Shown here: piece by piece, positions 9,579 through 21,878 of the stretch | How the letters are laid out: every line of letters starts with the position of its first letter | Numbering within the stretch: position 1 is the first letter of the stretch | Source of the DNA: Pelagomonas calceolata | Lineage: Eukaryota | Direction of reading: 5' to 3' | Assembly (NCBI GenBank): GCA_918797485.1 | Contig: CAKKNE010000001.1 | Coordinates: 3,782,001-3,846,000, forward strand | Length of the DNA: 64,000 nt | Notes under the pieces: model-generated | What the model was told of the DNA's origin: nothing | Seen by the model: only the letters and a program-made list of their open reading frames with translations | Databases searched by the model: none | Made by a program: the position numbers and the translations under genes

Positions 9579-11012
9579 CTAGAGGATGTACTTGGACACG
9601 TCCGAGGCCACGAGCATGTCGTCGACTTTTGATCTGACGTACTCTTCGTCAATCGTCACGAGGTCGCCCGGCGGGTAGTCGCACGCGTCGAAGGAAATTT
9701 CGTCGATGATGCGCTCGATGCAGGTATGTAAACGTCTAGCGCCGATGTTCTCGATCGTTCGGTTGGCCAAAGCTGCTACTCGGGCAATCTCCCGGATCGC
9801 CTCCTCGGTGAATTCGAGCATGACGTTCTCCGTCGCTAATAACGCCCTTTGTTGCGCGATGAGATTATGCTTGGGCTCCGTGAGGATCTTGTACAACTGT
9901 TCTTCCGTGAGCGCTTCGAGCTCGACCCTGATGGGTAGTCTACCTTGTAGCTCCGCCAACAAGTCAGAAGGCTTCGCTTGATGGAAAGCCCCCGACGCGA
10001 TAAATAACACGTAATCCGTATTGACATTGCCGTACTTCGTCGCTATGGTACTACCCTCAATCAACGGCAGGAGATCCCGCTGCACGCCTTCCGCAGAGGC
10101 ATCGGCCCCTCGATAGTCGGACGCATTGACAATCTTATCAATTTCATCAATAAAGACAATCCCCGACTCCTCGACGGCCTGGACGGCTTCTCTATTAACA
10201 TCGATGTTCTCCAGGAGCTTCTCGAGCTCTTGTTCCTCGATGATGGGCCTTGCATCGCGGATAGCTAATCTTTTTCTCTCACTTCTACCTTTGCTGGAAG
10301 CCATCTGCGAGAACCTCCCTAGAAAGTCGTTGATACTCACCGGATTCGACTGGTCGAGCTGGATGACGCCGCTCTGCTGCGGCGGCTGGCTGTGCGGGAC
10401 GTCGACGTCGATCTGGCGATCATCAAGCACGCCCTTCCGCAGCATCTCTCTGAATGAGCTCTGTGTCGCTTGGGCCGCATTTAAACCGGTTAGCGTGTCC
10501 AGGATGCGCGTCTCGGCCGCTCGGGCCGCCTCCGCGCGAAACGCCTCGGCCTTTCGTTTTCTTGTTAACGCGATCGACGCCTCGACCAGATCCCGGATGA
10601 TTTGATCCACGTCTCTGCCATGAAAGCCGACCTCCGTGAACTTCGTAGCTTCGACCTTCACAAAAGGAGCGTTCGCGAGCTTCGAGAGCCTTCGAGCTAT
10701 TTCCGTCTTGCCGCATCCCGTCGGCCCGATCATCAGGATGTTTTTGGGCACCACCTCAGCTCTCAATTCCTCGCCCAGCAACTGGCGGCGCCACCGGTTC
10801 CTCAGAGCGATGGCGACGGCGCGCTTCGCCGCATCTTGCCCGACAATATGCGTGTCGAGCTCATCACAAATCTTCCGCGGCGTGAGCGCCGCGTCGTCGT
10901 CGGGCGGCGGGACGGGCGGCTGGGGGACCTTTGGAGGTGCGGACACGGCGGCGGCCTCGCTCAGCGGTCTTCCTTTGATCCGCGCGGCGCCGCGCAGGGC
11001 GTGGCGCAACAT
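9579..11012 (-). CDS. hslU: ATP-dependent protease ATPase subunit HslU/ClpY, mitochondrial
   Basis: IVGQDAAKRAVAIALRNRWRR, GPTGCGKTEIARRL, VFIDEIDKI, GVQRDLLPLIEG, ENIGARRLHT; mitochondrial-type presequence. Confidence 0.95.
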   Translation of the reverse strand: MLRHALRGAARIKGRPLSEAAAVSAPPKVPQPPVPPPDDDAALTPRKICDELDTHIVGQDAAKRAVAIALRNRWRRQLLGEELRAEVVPKNILMIGPTGCGKTEIARRLSKLANAPFVKVEATKFTEVGFHGRDVDQIIRDLVEASIALTRKRKAEAFRAEAARAAETRILDTLTGLNAAQATQSSFREMLRKGVLDDRQIDVDVPHSQPPQQSGVIQLDQSNPVSINDFLGRFSQMASSKGRSERKRLAIRDARPIIEEQELEKLLENIDVNREAVQAVEESGIVFIDEIDKIVNASDYRGADASAEGVQRDLLPLIEGSTIATKYGNVNTDYVLFIASGAFHQAKPSDLLAELQGRLPIRVELEALTEEQLYKILTEPKHNLIAQQRALLATENVMLEFTEEAIREIARVAALANRTIENIGARRLHTCIERIIDEISFDACDYPPGDLVTIDEEYVRSKVDDMLVASDVSKYIL

Positions 11013-11444
11013 TGCTCTTGTTCTAAGGTGGCCAACCGGCCTGAGCTGTCAGCGCGAGGCTGTACCTCTTGAGTCCTTCGAACGATGGGTATCCCTAGGT
11101 GCTGTGCGGTACCCTTCAGACTACGCAAGCGCGTCTCAGAGCCACCACCTACGGCTGCACGGCCGCGGCGCTTGCTTGCTTGTGCTAGTGCCTTACACCG
11201 CTAGCTCGCGAAGCCACCGAAGAAGCTTGCGACGGTGCGCGACCGGGTCCCCGCGACGCTTCCTGCGGCGGAGGGATGCGATGCCTCTGGCAAGAGGGCT
11301 TGGCGCCCAAAACAAACACATTCGGACGACGAGCAGCGTGCGCGCGCATCGAACGGCACGACCGCGCCATCAAGAGCACCGCAAAGAGCTCGTCCAGGCA
11401 GCCCCCGGTGCGCAAACGCGTGCCCAATTCAAACACAAGAGACC

Positions 11445-12194
11445 ATGGCAGCAGTCCTCGACAGCACGGACGCGCCGGACTCGCCCTACGACCCCGCCGC
11501 GCTGGACGCCGTGTCGTCGTACGAAGAGGAACTAAGAGTATCAAGAGAGGACCTACTAAGGAAGATCGAGGCCTCGAGCCGAGACATCGCGGGCCGGTGC
11601 CGGACGGCCGTCGAACAGTCGAACGAGCAGGAGCACGCCGCTCTCTTCGATGATGAAGAGCGAGAACGCGTCGTGGAAGCCTACGCGGCGAAGCTCAAAG
11701 CCAGTCGAGAAGAGATGATCCGCAAGATTATCGACCAGCAGGCCGTGGAACGCACAAAATGTCTGGAAGAACTGAAAAAAGACGTGCAGAACGTCCTGCA
11801 AGAAGTGGTGCAAGAGTGCCGCAACGAGTTCGCCGAGCAGCGCCAGAAGGACGAGGAAGACGACGCGAAAAGACGAGATGCGCACGCGCAGGAGGTGTTG
11901 AAGGCGCATGCACTAGATCTCCAGAAGTTCAACGAGCAGCAGCTCGACGGTCTCAGGGAGTCCATGGCCAAGCACCGCGACGACGCCATGCGGCGGTACC
12001 AGGCGGAGATGGCTCAGTTCAGAGACGAGCAGCTGGCCGAGATTTCGAAGCTCACGTTGGATGGCTTTGACGACGGGGAGGACACGGAGGATGAAGATCT
12101 GGGGGACTGGACGGATATAGCTAGACGAGCCAGGGAGCACGCGGGGTTGCCGCCGGATCCGGACGAGCGGTTGGGGCCCGCGCACGGGGCGTAA
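11445..12194 (+). CDS. Hypothetical coiled-coil protein
   Basis: E/K/Q/R-rich helical ORF with host-like codon usage, ATG at 11445. Confidence 0.65.
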   Translation: MAAVLDSTDAPDSPYDPAALDAVSSYEEELRVSREDLLRKIEASSRDIAGRCRTAVEQSNEQEHAALFDDEERERVVEAYAAKLKASREEMIRKIIDQQAVERTKCLEELKKDVQNVLQEVVQECRNEFAEQRQKDEEDDAKRRDAHAQEVLKAHALDLQKFNEQQLDGLRESMAKHRDDAMRRYQAEMAQFRDEQLAEISKLTLDGFDDGEDTEDEDLGDWTDIARRAREHAGLPPDPDERLGPAHGA

Positions 12195-12564
12195 GTGGTC
12201 TTTTGATTAGTAATTGTTTTCCGGTCGCGTTGATGGCGTCTTCGCGGACGTCCCTCCGCGCGGTCGCGCCGGTGGAGGCCCCTGAGTCGTCGCGCGGATA
12301 GGCTAGCGCAGTAAGACACTAGCAATCTGCTCGGCAGCCACGCGGAGGCATGTGAAACAGCCTCATACGCCAAGGCTGGACGAGACACAAGCTTTTCAAG
12401 AAGCACTAGCGATCAGCCCTTTTGTTGTAAACGTACTGGGCACGCCGGGTGAGCGAAAAAACCCTCAAAGTGCTCCTCAGAGTGAGAGGCAGCCGAGGGG
12501 CTTCTCGCGCACAGCTGAGCGACGTTTCAAGAGAGCTACCAGCTAGAAAAACGCCGTCGAACCA

Positions 12565-15500
12565 ATGTTCGCCGCACCACCACCAACGCAAGAACACCAG
12601 CCCCAGTCCTGGACCTACGAGCACCGCCACCGCCTCACGGAACGAGTCGCGCGATTGGACGCCGGGAGTTTACGGAGAGTCCTCGTGTTGGTGTTTGGGG
12701 ACGCGAACGGCTTCCGACCGCGAGACGAGTTTACGATCGACTTTGAGGGACTAGATAGAGCTGTTTGTGAGACGCTCGACGCGTTCCTCGACGACGTGAC
12801 CAGCGACGCGGCGTATAAACGAGCAAGAAGGGCCGTCGGGCTACCGGAAGCGGAGCCGCCGGCGCCCGAGTTACCCCCGAGACCGCTCCCACCTCGACCT
12901 CGAGGCCTCGACCCGCCCGTCGTCGTGAGGGTGCCGCGGCCGCCCGGCTTCCGACCTGCGTCATCAAGGCGCTACTCGGACCCGCCGGCACCCTTGCCCG
13001 GCCAGAGTCCCGTACAACGACCGACGGCGCCGGCCGTCGCGTCGTTGTCGCCGCCGTCGCGGACGGGCAGCTACTCGCGCGAGGGCGGCCTCGCCTCGGA
13101 GAAGCCGCGACACCCGGCGCGGCCCGCGTCCGACGACGAGGCGCCGCCGCCGCCGCCCATCATGGAAGAAGAGTCTGAGGAAGACGACAACGAGAGCGAC
13201 GGCGGCGCCTGGGAGGCGCCGCGCCCGAAGCCTCGCGTCAGACCTCCACCAAAAATATCGTATTCCGGGAGGTTCCCGTGCCCCGCGGGCTGTGGGCGGG
13301 CCTTTGACCATGCGCCGGCGGCGATAGCGCACGGCAAGACTTGTAAGGACGGTAACGGGACGCCTCCTTTACCCCCGAAACCGGCGCCCCACAAACCGGG
13401 CCGCGCGCCGCGCTGGACGGACAAAGAGGACGCCGAACTCGTACAACTGATGGATGAATTGGGCGAGGACTGGGAGAAGATCGCGGAACGGCTGAAGACG
13501 AATCGAACAGCATCCGCGGTCGAGCAGCGCTACACCAAAATTAAGGAGGAAGAGCCCGTCGTCGTAGAAGCGGCACAACGCACCCCAATGACCTGGAGGT
13601 GTGCTTGGTGCGCTTGTTCCGACACGGGGCCGGGCTTCCGGAGGAAACCGGGGCCCGACGGTCCCGCTACGCTGTGTGATAAATGCTACCAGCGCATGCG
13701 GCGGGGCGAGACGAAAGAGTCGTGGGGTGATAGGGGAGAGTACGATCGGCGGTGGCCCGTTGACAGAAAACGATCTAATAGAGCTAAAAGAAGGAACCCG
13801 TTGCCTACGGACTCGCCCTTGCATTCCTCTGAAGAAGACGAGCCGCCACCCCCAAAACCGCCGAAAGTTGACGACGGTCGCGGCGTGGAGCTGCGGGAGA
13901 AGTCCGGTGAATGGAAGTTCTATAAATCGCAAAAGGACGCGGCCGAGGCGTTTCCCGGATTAATCCAGGGAGATATATCGAGACTGATCAACAACCCTCG
14001 GGAGGTGTCGCGCCACATCCGGGAGCGCTTCGAAGCGCGGAACGTCGGCCCCAAGACTACAAGGCAGCTGAACCACCCTTCTCAGCCGAAGCCGGTTCCT
14101 ACCTGCGCGGAAATCAACCAGTGAATTGCGTGGACCTTCGTGAGCCTCCACGCCATCGAGCCGACGCCGATGGCGTGGAATCGCCACACCATCGCGCGGA
14201 CGCAGCTACGGAAGCACGTCGCGTCGATGGCATGGGGCGCCCGAAATTCGATTTCCACACAGGTTCCTAAGCCGCGCGGCGCCAAAGTTGTCAAGCGCGA
14301 CCGGTCGCCCTCACCTGATCAGAATGAGAGCGCCGCCTACGCGCCGGACCCGGCGCTAGCCAAGGCCCTGTCGGCTCTGAGCCCGAAGGACACCGACGGC
14401 AAGCGCGAAGTGCTAGAAAGGCATGGCTTCTCGTGCACGAAGAAGGGCGACCGCTGGACTTATCAAAGAGGTTCTGGGCGTCCGGTACGCTGTCTCGCGA
14501 CCTTACAGGCCGAACTCGCGGCTCCACCCTCAAAAAAGATCCGCGTGAAGGAGGACACTGACGTCGTTGTCGTCGAGGGGTCCATCCGCGACATCGCTTC
14601 AGCTGTGGATTTAGGTGCCTTACCGGCGAGGTGTAGGGTCCAAGCACCGGAAGCGACAAAATACAGAAGTTGTTCGGTCTTAGCGCAGGAACGAGGATTA
14701 GCTTCGAGTGTAGGAGGGTGGCACCGGCACCTGGTCTTGTACGACGACAAGCTGTCGCTGCAGTGGGTCGAGTCGACGGGCTCGAGGCCGTGCAAGTGGC
14801 GGCGCGGCGACGCTACGAAAAGTGAGCGAGAGCGCGAAGCCGACGTTGCGAGAAAGCTCGGCCCAAAGGCCTGCGACGACATGATGGCCTGGTTATGCTC
14901 GCTCGACGTGTCGGACCCGTTGTTGCATGCGGATCCGCTCGTACGAAACCTCCTCCCGAAGAAATGCGAACGGCTGCGAGACTACGGTGTCACTCTGAGG
15001 AGAGTCAAGGAACGGCTAGCGGAGCGGGATTATGATGATGCCTTTGAGTTTTCCGAGGATATTAGGAGGGTGCACGAGACTGTATTGTCGGTGTGTAGCG
15101 GTAAGTTACCTCGATCATGGGACGAAGATGCCACTATATCAAAAAATACGGATAGGGAAACGATTCTACATGCGGCGCAGGTCTTCCGGAGCGCCTTTGA
15201 GTCGCGATGGTCTTCCCTCCTCAAGCGGATTTCCGCAGAATCATTATCAGAAAAAAGAGCCATAAATGCTTGGAGGCAGAAACCGAAGCGGGGCAAAGAC
15301 GCGGCGAACTACGACAAAGGAGCAGGGGCGGTCGGGAAAGTTGTCGAAGTGTACTGGGAGGGCGAGGGCGAGTGGTTCCGAGGACGATTAACGAGGTATC
15401 GCGACGCCGACGGCAAGCACCGGTGCGACTACGAGGACGGCGAGTCCGAGTGGCTCACGTTATCCGAGAACTCTGTTAGATTTCCCGATGGTGATGTTGT

Positions 15501-15876
15501 GTTATCACCTACACAACAACCAAGGAAGGTCTGCGAGCCTATTAATGGTTTTTCCTGCCAGAAGCTCGGGGTGCTCGTCTGGGCGAAGACGGGCAAGTAC
15601 CCCTGGTGGCCGGCAGAGACCTGTCTTTTGAGTGTAGATGAATTAACAAAGCACTTCCCGCCGAATCCCTTAGGACAGCAGCGCGGCGACGCGAAGGAGA
15701 CGACGATGGTTTTGTATTTCGGAGATGTCCAAATGGACGCGGTGGACGCGGACCACGTCGCGCCCTACTCCATTGCGAATCCGAGGGAGCGGGAGGTCCC
15801 CGCTCCCGGTCTCGGGCCGGCCGTGGACCACTGCCACAAGCGGGCCGAGGAGCTCGAGATCGAAATTGACCCCTAG
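12565..15876 (+). CDS. Multi-domain chromatin protein (ET-like, Myb/SANT, GATA finger, bromodomain-like, Tudor, PWWP); intron 14095-14262
   Basis: EFTIDFEGLD (ET-like), WTDKEDAELV..GEDWEKIA (Myb), CAWC..RKPGPDGPATLCDKC (GATA), VEVYWEGEGEWFRG..YEDGESEW (Tudor), LVWAKTGKYPWWPA (PWWP); two ORFs join in frame after a GT-AG intron. Confidence 0.85.
14095..14262 (+). mobile_element. Introner-type TIR element forming a 168-nt phase-0 GT-AG intron
   Basis: TSD GTTCCTAC/GTTCCTAA (14095-14102 / 14263-14270); TIR CTGCGCGGAAATC...GATTTCCACACAG; contains an in-frame stop at 14122-14124. Confidence 0.88.
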
Positions 15877-15980
15877 GCGCTCTGGGGGGCCGCTTAACTA
15901 CTACCACTGACTACTCACAAATAGCCACCAGAGTTCGCGCTGCGTGTATCTGCGCGTGCTGTAGGTATACACATCAAAAC

Positions 15981-18521
15981 TTACAATGCGAACCGCTCGG
16001 GCGCCGGCGGCGACTGCGACGCGCTCCAGGCCCGCGCCGCGGCGCGCTCGGCCCTCTTTAACGTCACGCCGAAGCCGCCTCCCTCGAGCGAGGGCGTCGC
16101 GGGCGCGGGCGGCGGGGCCTCGGCCTTCGCCTCGGGGACGCCCTCGTCGAACGCGAAGTCGTCGTCGTAGGCCTCCGGTTTCGGCCGCGCCGGCGGCGGC
16201 GGCGGTACAGCCGGGCTCCAAGTTACCTCCTCGGCCACCAAACCGTCCCGCAGGTCGCACACCAACAACGACAGGTCGTCCTTCGACCCTCTAGCTCGAG
16301 CCTCATCCAACGTCGCCTTCGCCGCCTTATCCAGATCGCCCAATTTACGAACCTGCCTCCTGATGTACAAAGCGGCCTTGCGCTCGTCGCCGAAGCCGTC
16401 GACGACGCCGTCCGTCATGACAATTATTAAAGCGTCGCTCGGAGACCGCTTCCTCACGCTGATGGAGGGCATCGCGATGACGGGATCGCTCGCAAATGGG
16501 GTCTTCCACGCCTTCACGGCTTGTCTACCTTTGAAATCACCATCGCCAAAGCTACGAGACACCCGCAGCACGCCGTTGACGCGGCCGCCGTTCGCCCAGT
16601 GCGCGCCCGACTGCTCTACTCGTTTCCGTTCTTCGTCATTCGATTTACAATGCTTCGTCGTGAGTACTTCTATTGAACCACTACTCTGTATAAGTACGAC
16701 CGCCACGTCGCCCACGTTCGCACAAGTAATAGCATCGTTATCGACGATGACGACCGCGGCACAAGCCCCGACGGTGCCGGGCTGCGTCCCGACTACAATA
16801 TTGTCCGCGTAGGAGAACGCCGACTCCAGCGCACTGGTAGGCGTCCCAAATGTTAAAGCCGACGACAGGAACGCCGGCAGCGTGTGCCTTAATGCATCGA
16901 CGACTTGGGAACCTCCGTGGCCGTCGTAGGCTGCCAGGACTGCTCTTGACTCGGACAGAGTAACGGCGTCGACGCGATCTTCGTCCGTAGAACCGGGCTG
17001 CTGACAATGTGCTAACCTCCACGCCGCGCAGGGCACGCCGCCCGTCGTCTCACCTAATTCATTATCATCATCACTCTCCGACTCTTGAACCTTCAGCACG
17101 TCCGCGAAGGCGCTATCCAAATCAGTAGTGGTCGCCTCGTCATCAGAACTTTCTAGAGTGTTGATGGCTCTGTCGACGTCATGTTGCGTCAGCGAAAACC
17201 CGACGTACGTCGTCCGCGGCAGCGGCTGGTTACCACTATCCGTGACCCAGCCGTGGCCCATGGCCGTTGCTACGTCACATCTCTTAGTCACATCTCTTTC
17301 AAGCAACCCGTGCAACAGATCACCTAACATACCTGTAGCCTGCACATTTAACTCGCCGCTCTCGACTTTCACCAACGTTTGCGCAGCCGTCTTCTCCAGC
17401 ACGACGGGCGGACTCCCGGTCGAGGCAGCATGGATGGTCGCCCCGAGGCTCCAGCAGTCTACTGCTGCCGTGACGTCTTTGTCCCCAAAAAGCTCGGGCG
17501 CGGCCCACGCGGGCGTCAGGCGCAGCTTCGACGACCGTCGCACGGGCGCGACCGACGACACGACCCTAGACACGCCGAAATCACAAAGCTTCGCAGTACC
17601 TTTCCCATCTAATACAATATTTTCGGGTTTAAGGTCGCGGTGGACCACGTTCACCGAGTGTAGGTACTCCAGGCCTCTCAATACATCTCGTGTCGCTCTC
17701 CTGTTATTATCTTCTGATATGGGCTCGTAGGGCGTGTCTTTCCCTGCTTTGAGCAAGGGACCCCGTTCACAGTACTCCAGTACCAAGTATAAGGTATGGT
17801 GTGAGGGGTCGTCTATCACCTCATACAGAGTAACTAAGTTCCGGTGCTTCAGGTGCTTCGTGATGGCCACCTATGTGCTTACTGTGAGATGGGTCTTATT
17901 CATCACGAGATAGTGTGTGTAGAGAGAGTCTCAAGCATTCAAATGTCGGCACGGGCCCGTTTTGGAGCCTTGGGCGACTTAAATATGGTTTATAGCGTTG
18001 CATCACCGACTCTCTCATGTCTCAAGGACACCGTAGCAACGAACCTCCCGCCGCACGTCATCCAAGGACCCTCTTCTTAGTACTTTTATAGCTCTTGCTT
18101 TCCCATCTTTCACACAGAGCTCGACCCGCCCAGCAGCGCCCCTTCCTAATTCCCCGAGCATCTCGTAGTCGTTCACGAGTCGCTTGCTACCTTCCGTCCT
18201 TGCTCTTACTTTATTTTGCGTCCCGACACTCTTCCGAGGTCTTACAATAACCTCTTCATCTTGGGTAGGAGTGGACGGCTGGTCGAGGGACGGCGCTCTC
18301 CTCAATCGAGGCGCCGGCGGCGGGCTCCGCGCCTTGAACTTCTCCACATAATCATCAGCAAGAAAATCCTGCAGTTCCGAAACGTCGGAGAACTGGCTCG
18401 CGACGGACTGGCGGTCGTTGCGCTGCGGGCTCAGTACTGCTGCTGGTGGGGGCGGCGGTAACGGGCGCGCACTGTCGCCTTCTTCCGTGACGTCGCTGAG
18501 GGCGCCTAGGGAGCGGCGCAT
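15981..18521 (-). CDS. CAMKK-like Ser/Thr kinase fused to PP2C phosphatase; intron 17871-18044
   Basis: GRGAAG, LYEVIDDPSHHTLYLVLEY, HRDLKPEN, DFG, APE; then EDR, YDGHGG, ANVGD, SRSFGD, TDG, DD; GT-AG intron restores RREVAITKHLKH. Confidence 0.88.
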
Positions 18522-18835
18522 TTTGCCTCTGCAGGCTGTGGGGCTTGTTACGGCTCGTTTCCAGCGCTTTTTTGCTCTGATTCGTAGCTCGTTGCTATGT
18601 GTTCAACAAATCGACGTCTTGTAGCGTGAATGGCGACGCTCGCGCCGCGCTGTGAGCAATTTTGCGCAGAGGCTAGTGTCTTAGTGCCGCTAGCAGCGTT
18701 TTTGCTTCCTGGCAGCCATTTTAGCCAACAACAGCGTACGTCGCTGTCAAAACACCCTTCGAGGCTTCATTTTGGTGCGGGCGCTGCGACGGCGAGAGAT
18801 AACTGGTGTCTGAGCTTCTGGGCAGCAAGCCTCTC

Positions 18836-19675
18836 ATGGAGAGCAGTGCTGCCGAGCCCAGCGCTGCGAGCGAGCTGTCGTCGAACGTCGTCTTTGATAG
18901 CGAGGCCATGAGACAGCATGGAGACGGCAGTGCCGTAGTATCAAATTCTATTGACACCGTGGACGGTGAGCCCATTGACTGGTCGAAGCACACGTACGGT
19001 GGGCGGGGCACGCTCCACGACGGCGAGCGCGTCCTCTACGACCCGAGGGGTCGCGCCGAAGCCTGCACGTTTGCAACGATGCAGCGGCGCGCGGAGGAAC
19101 AACGCCTGTGGGCGCCCGGCGGCGACGCGGCCCGAGGCCTCTTGGAACAACTGCGCGTCGAGCCCCAGGCCGCGGCCCTCGCCACCGTCCTGCCTCTTGG
19201 AAATAGCGACCGCCGGACGAGGAATCGGGTGGTCACCGCCTACCTGGACACGTCGTATACCCTCGTCTGTTTTTCTGCGAATCCGTCCCAGGAGAGGAAC
19301 GACCTGAGCATCATCTGTCTCGCCAGAGGCGCTACCGTAGATCTGAAACACACTCACATGGCGTGCCTCTCCCCGGGCGAGTATGCCTTCGCCCTCCACG
19401 ACGACGTGCAAAAGGCCATGATGATTCGCTGGCCGGAACTCAGGAGCCACCCCGACCCCCAGTTGCGTGCATACGCGGCCGCGAGCCGCAAACAACGCAC
19501 GTGCGCCGCCTGCGGCCAGGTCTGGCACCAGACGATGCGGCGGTGCGCCGCGTGCAACGAGGTGGCCTACTGCTCCCCGGTCTGCCAGCGCCACCACTGG
19601 TCCCGCCACAAGGCGGCCTGCAAGCGGGCGCGCGAGCGCGAGCGACTGAAATACGACCCGACGGTCATAGGATAA
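18836..19675 (+). CDS. MYND zinc-finger protein
   Basis: CAACG..RCAACNEVAYCSPVCQRHHWSRHKAAC. Confidence 0.85.
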   Translation: MESSAAEPSAASELSSNVVFDSEAMRQHGDGSAVVSNSIDTVDGEPIDWSKHTYGGRGTLHDGERVLYDPRGRAEACTFATMQRRAEEQRLWAPGGDAARGLLEQLRVEPQAAALATVLPLGNSDRRTRNRVVTAYLDTSYTLVCFSANPSQERNDLSIICLARGATVDLKHTHMACLSPGEYAFALHDDVQKAMMIRWPELRSHPDPQLRAYAAASRKQRTCAACGQVWHQTMRRCAACNEVAYCSPVCQRHHWSRHKAACKRARERERLKYDPTVIG

Positions 19676-19714
19676 CAGGAGAAAACGTAAGCAAACAAAG
19701 GGAGGGGAGGGGGA

Positions 19715-20623
19715 TCACGTCGAGAGCTTGGCGCCGCCGCCCGCGCGGCCGCCGCTCCGCGCCCGCGCCACGCGGCGCCGCGGCACGTCGCGGCTCAGCG
19801 AGCAGCGCGCGAAGAGCGGCCGGCGGTCGCGCTTGCGCCCGTAGACCGCCGCGCGGAGGCCGACGCACTCAATCGCGCCCGACGCGCCGACGACGCGGTC
19901 GACGCCGTCGAGCGTCACGGTGATCGCCGGGCCGTCGAAGGGCCGGACGGCGGCGTCCCAGCGCTGGGCGTCGGCGCGCGCGCCGGCGATCGTCCGCGCG
20001 GCGAGCCGCGCCACGCGGCGCGCGCGGCGGCGGCGGCGCGCGGCGGCGAGCCGGCGGCGCACCCAGCCGCCGGAGGGGGCGTCGACGCCGTCGAGCGCGT
20101 AGAGCGCCGCCGCCGCCTCCGGCGCGGCCTGCTCGGCGCGCGCGAGCGCCCGCTCGCACGTTCTCCTCCTCTCGCGCGCGGCGCGGACGCCCTCCGCGGC
20201 CATCATGGGCGCCTCGCACGCGACGCGGACGCCGAGGACGCCGCTCGCCGCGAGCAGGACCGTCCTGTCGGACGCGCGCCACGACCCCTCGAGGTCGAGC
20301 GTCGCGCCGCCGGCCGCGACCTTCGCCTTCAGCGCGCCGGCGTCGTCGAGCGCCCAGCGCACCTCGACGGCGCCTGCTTTTGCCACGAGGACCGGCTGCG
20401 GCGGTGTCGTGTCCGCGGGTTTCGGATTTTCGAGCTCTCGGAGCGCCTCGAGTGCTTTTCTTTCCTTGATGAGCTCCGTTTCCAGAATCGCGGCTTCCTT
20501 GCGCAGCTGCGAGGCTTGCGCGCGGTAGCTGGCAGCCTCCTTGCTATGCGTTCTCTGAGAATGGTACGCCGAGAGAGCTCTGGCTGCCGAAGCCAAAGAT
20601 AGCAATGCCAGAGCTGTTCTCAT
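19715..20623 (-). CDS. Hypothetical protein with signal peptide (probably plastid-targeted)
   Basis: MRTALALLSLASAARALS leader, short coiled coil, very GC-rich body. Confidence 0.55.
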   Translation of the reverse strand: MRTALALLSLASAARALSAYHSQRTHSKEAASYRAQASQLRKEAAILETELIKERKALEALRELENPKPADTTPPQPVLVAKAGAVEVRWALDDAGALKAKVAAGGATLDLEGSWRASDRTVLLAASGVLGVRVACEAPMMAAEGVRAARERRRTCERALARAEQAAPEAAAALYALDGVDAPSGGWVRRRLAAARRRRRARRVARLAARTIAGARADAQRWDAAVRPFDGPAITVTLDGVDRVVGASGAIECVGLRAAVYGRKRDRRPLFARCSLSRDVPRRRVARARSGGRAGGGAKLST

Positions 20624-20900
20624 GACGAAAATCTGTCCGTTGGAATTGCGAGGGCTGTCAGACGGTGCTGTCTGCCCGCCCAAATTCTTCGGGGATCCAT
20701 AATACCTAGCGTTATGTAAGGCACTAGCAAAGCACGAGTCGACGATTACGCTGCGATACCGGCTGTATCGTGCACGTACCGGACACACTGGACACACCAG
20801 AGACGTACCACAGCCGCCCGCCATGCCTAACGCACCAGCGATGCGCTGCCGACGGCACCCAAGGCCATAAACCCCCTGCAGCCTAAGCAAAACCGCAGCG

Positions 20901-21878
20901 ATGCAGGACGAGTTCAAAGCCGCGGCGAGAAAGACGGCGATAAGCGTCGCAGCAGCGGCGTGCTTCGGGTTAATCCTAAATTATGCGAGAGGTTCTACCG
21001 CAGCCCTCGAGTTCGCGAGTGGCTACCTAGTAGAACAATCCCTGAGTGTGGACAACCTATTTGTGTTCATCATGCTCTTCGACTACTTTCGGGTGCCGCG
21101 GGAGTTCCAGGGCCGCGTATTAAACTGGGGCATCCTCGGCGCGGTCGCGATGCGGGGCGTGATGATCATCGCGGGCGTGGCTGCCGTACAAAAGTTCAGG
21201 TGGATGACGTTGTTATTTGCCGGTATTTTATTTTTATCCGCGATCAAGTTGCTCTTGGAGGGCGACGACGACGACGAAGATGAGATCAATGACAGACTAG
21301 TGATGCGGATCGCGCGACGAGTGGTGGGTGCGACGGCCGAGTATGATGGAGACCGGTTTTTTACCACACAACATAAAGATGGGAAGAGTATGAGAGCGGC
21401 GACGCCGTTATTGCTATGTCTGGTCTGCGTCGAGCTGAGTGACGTCGTCTTCGCGGTGGACTCCATACCCGCCGTGCTCGGGATTAGTACGGATCCGTTG
21501 GTGGTCTACTCGTCGAACATCTTCGCGATTATTGGGTTGCGAGCATTGTACACACTCGTAGCTCGCGCGGTGGACTCGCTCACATACCTCAAGCACGCCG
21601 TCTGCGCCGTTTTAGTGTTCATCGCGTTGAAGATGATCGGCGAGTACTTCGACTACCACCTGTCGACCGGCTTTTCGCTCTGTGTCGTCGGGTCTTTATT
21701 GGCGCTCGGCGTCCTGGTCTCTTGTGTTATTAGACCTAGGAAGAAGCGGAAGGACGACAAGGATCTTGACGGGCTTCATCAGTACCCGCACGGCTTCGAG
21801 CCGCCGTCTCCGTTATTCCAGCGGGGGCACCGGAACGGCTACTCGGCGCGCGACGATTTGTCGCGCGTGATGGTGTAA
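20901..21878 (+). CDS. TerC/Alx family integral membrane protein
   Basis: GYLVEQSLSVDNLFVF, RVLNWGILGAVAMRG, ELSDVVFAVDSIPAV, YSSNIFAIIGLRALY. Confidence 0.93.
   Translation: MQDEFKAAARKTAISVAAAACFGLILNYARGSTAALEFASGYLVEQSLSVDNLFVFIMLFDYFRVPREFQGRVLNWGILGAVAMRGVMIIAGVAAVQKFRWMTLLFAGILFLSAIKLLLEGDDDDEDEINDRLVMRIARRVVGATAEYDGDRFFTTQHKDGKSMRAATPLLLCLVCVELSDVVFAVDSIPAVLGISTDPLVVYSSNIFAIIGLRALYTLVARAVDSLTYLKHAVCAVLVFIALKMIGEYFDYHLSTGFSLCVVGSLLALGVLVSCVIRPRKKRKDDKDLDGLHQYPHGFEPPSPLFQRGHRNGYSARDDLSRVMV

Noticed and set aside
1621..11012. Bacterial contig or HGT island (sigma-70, hslU, nanA-like)
   Set aside because: The genes carry organellar targeting leaders and are interleaved with dynein and intron-containing eukaryotic genes.
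17871..18044. Kinase intron as another introner
   Set aside because: No 8-bp TSD and no match to the family TIR.
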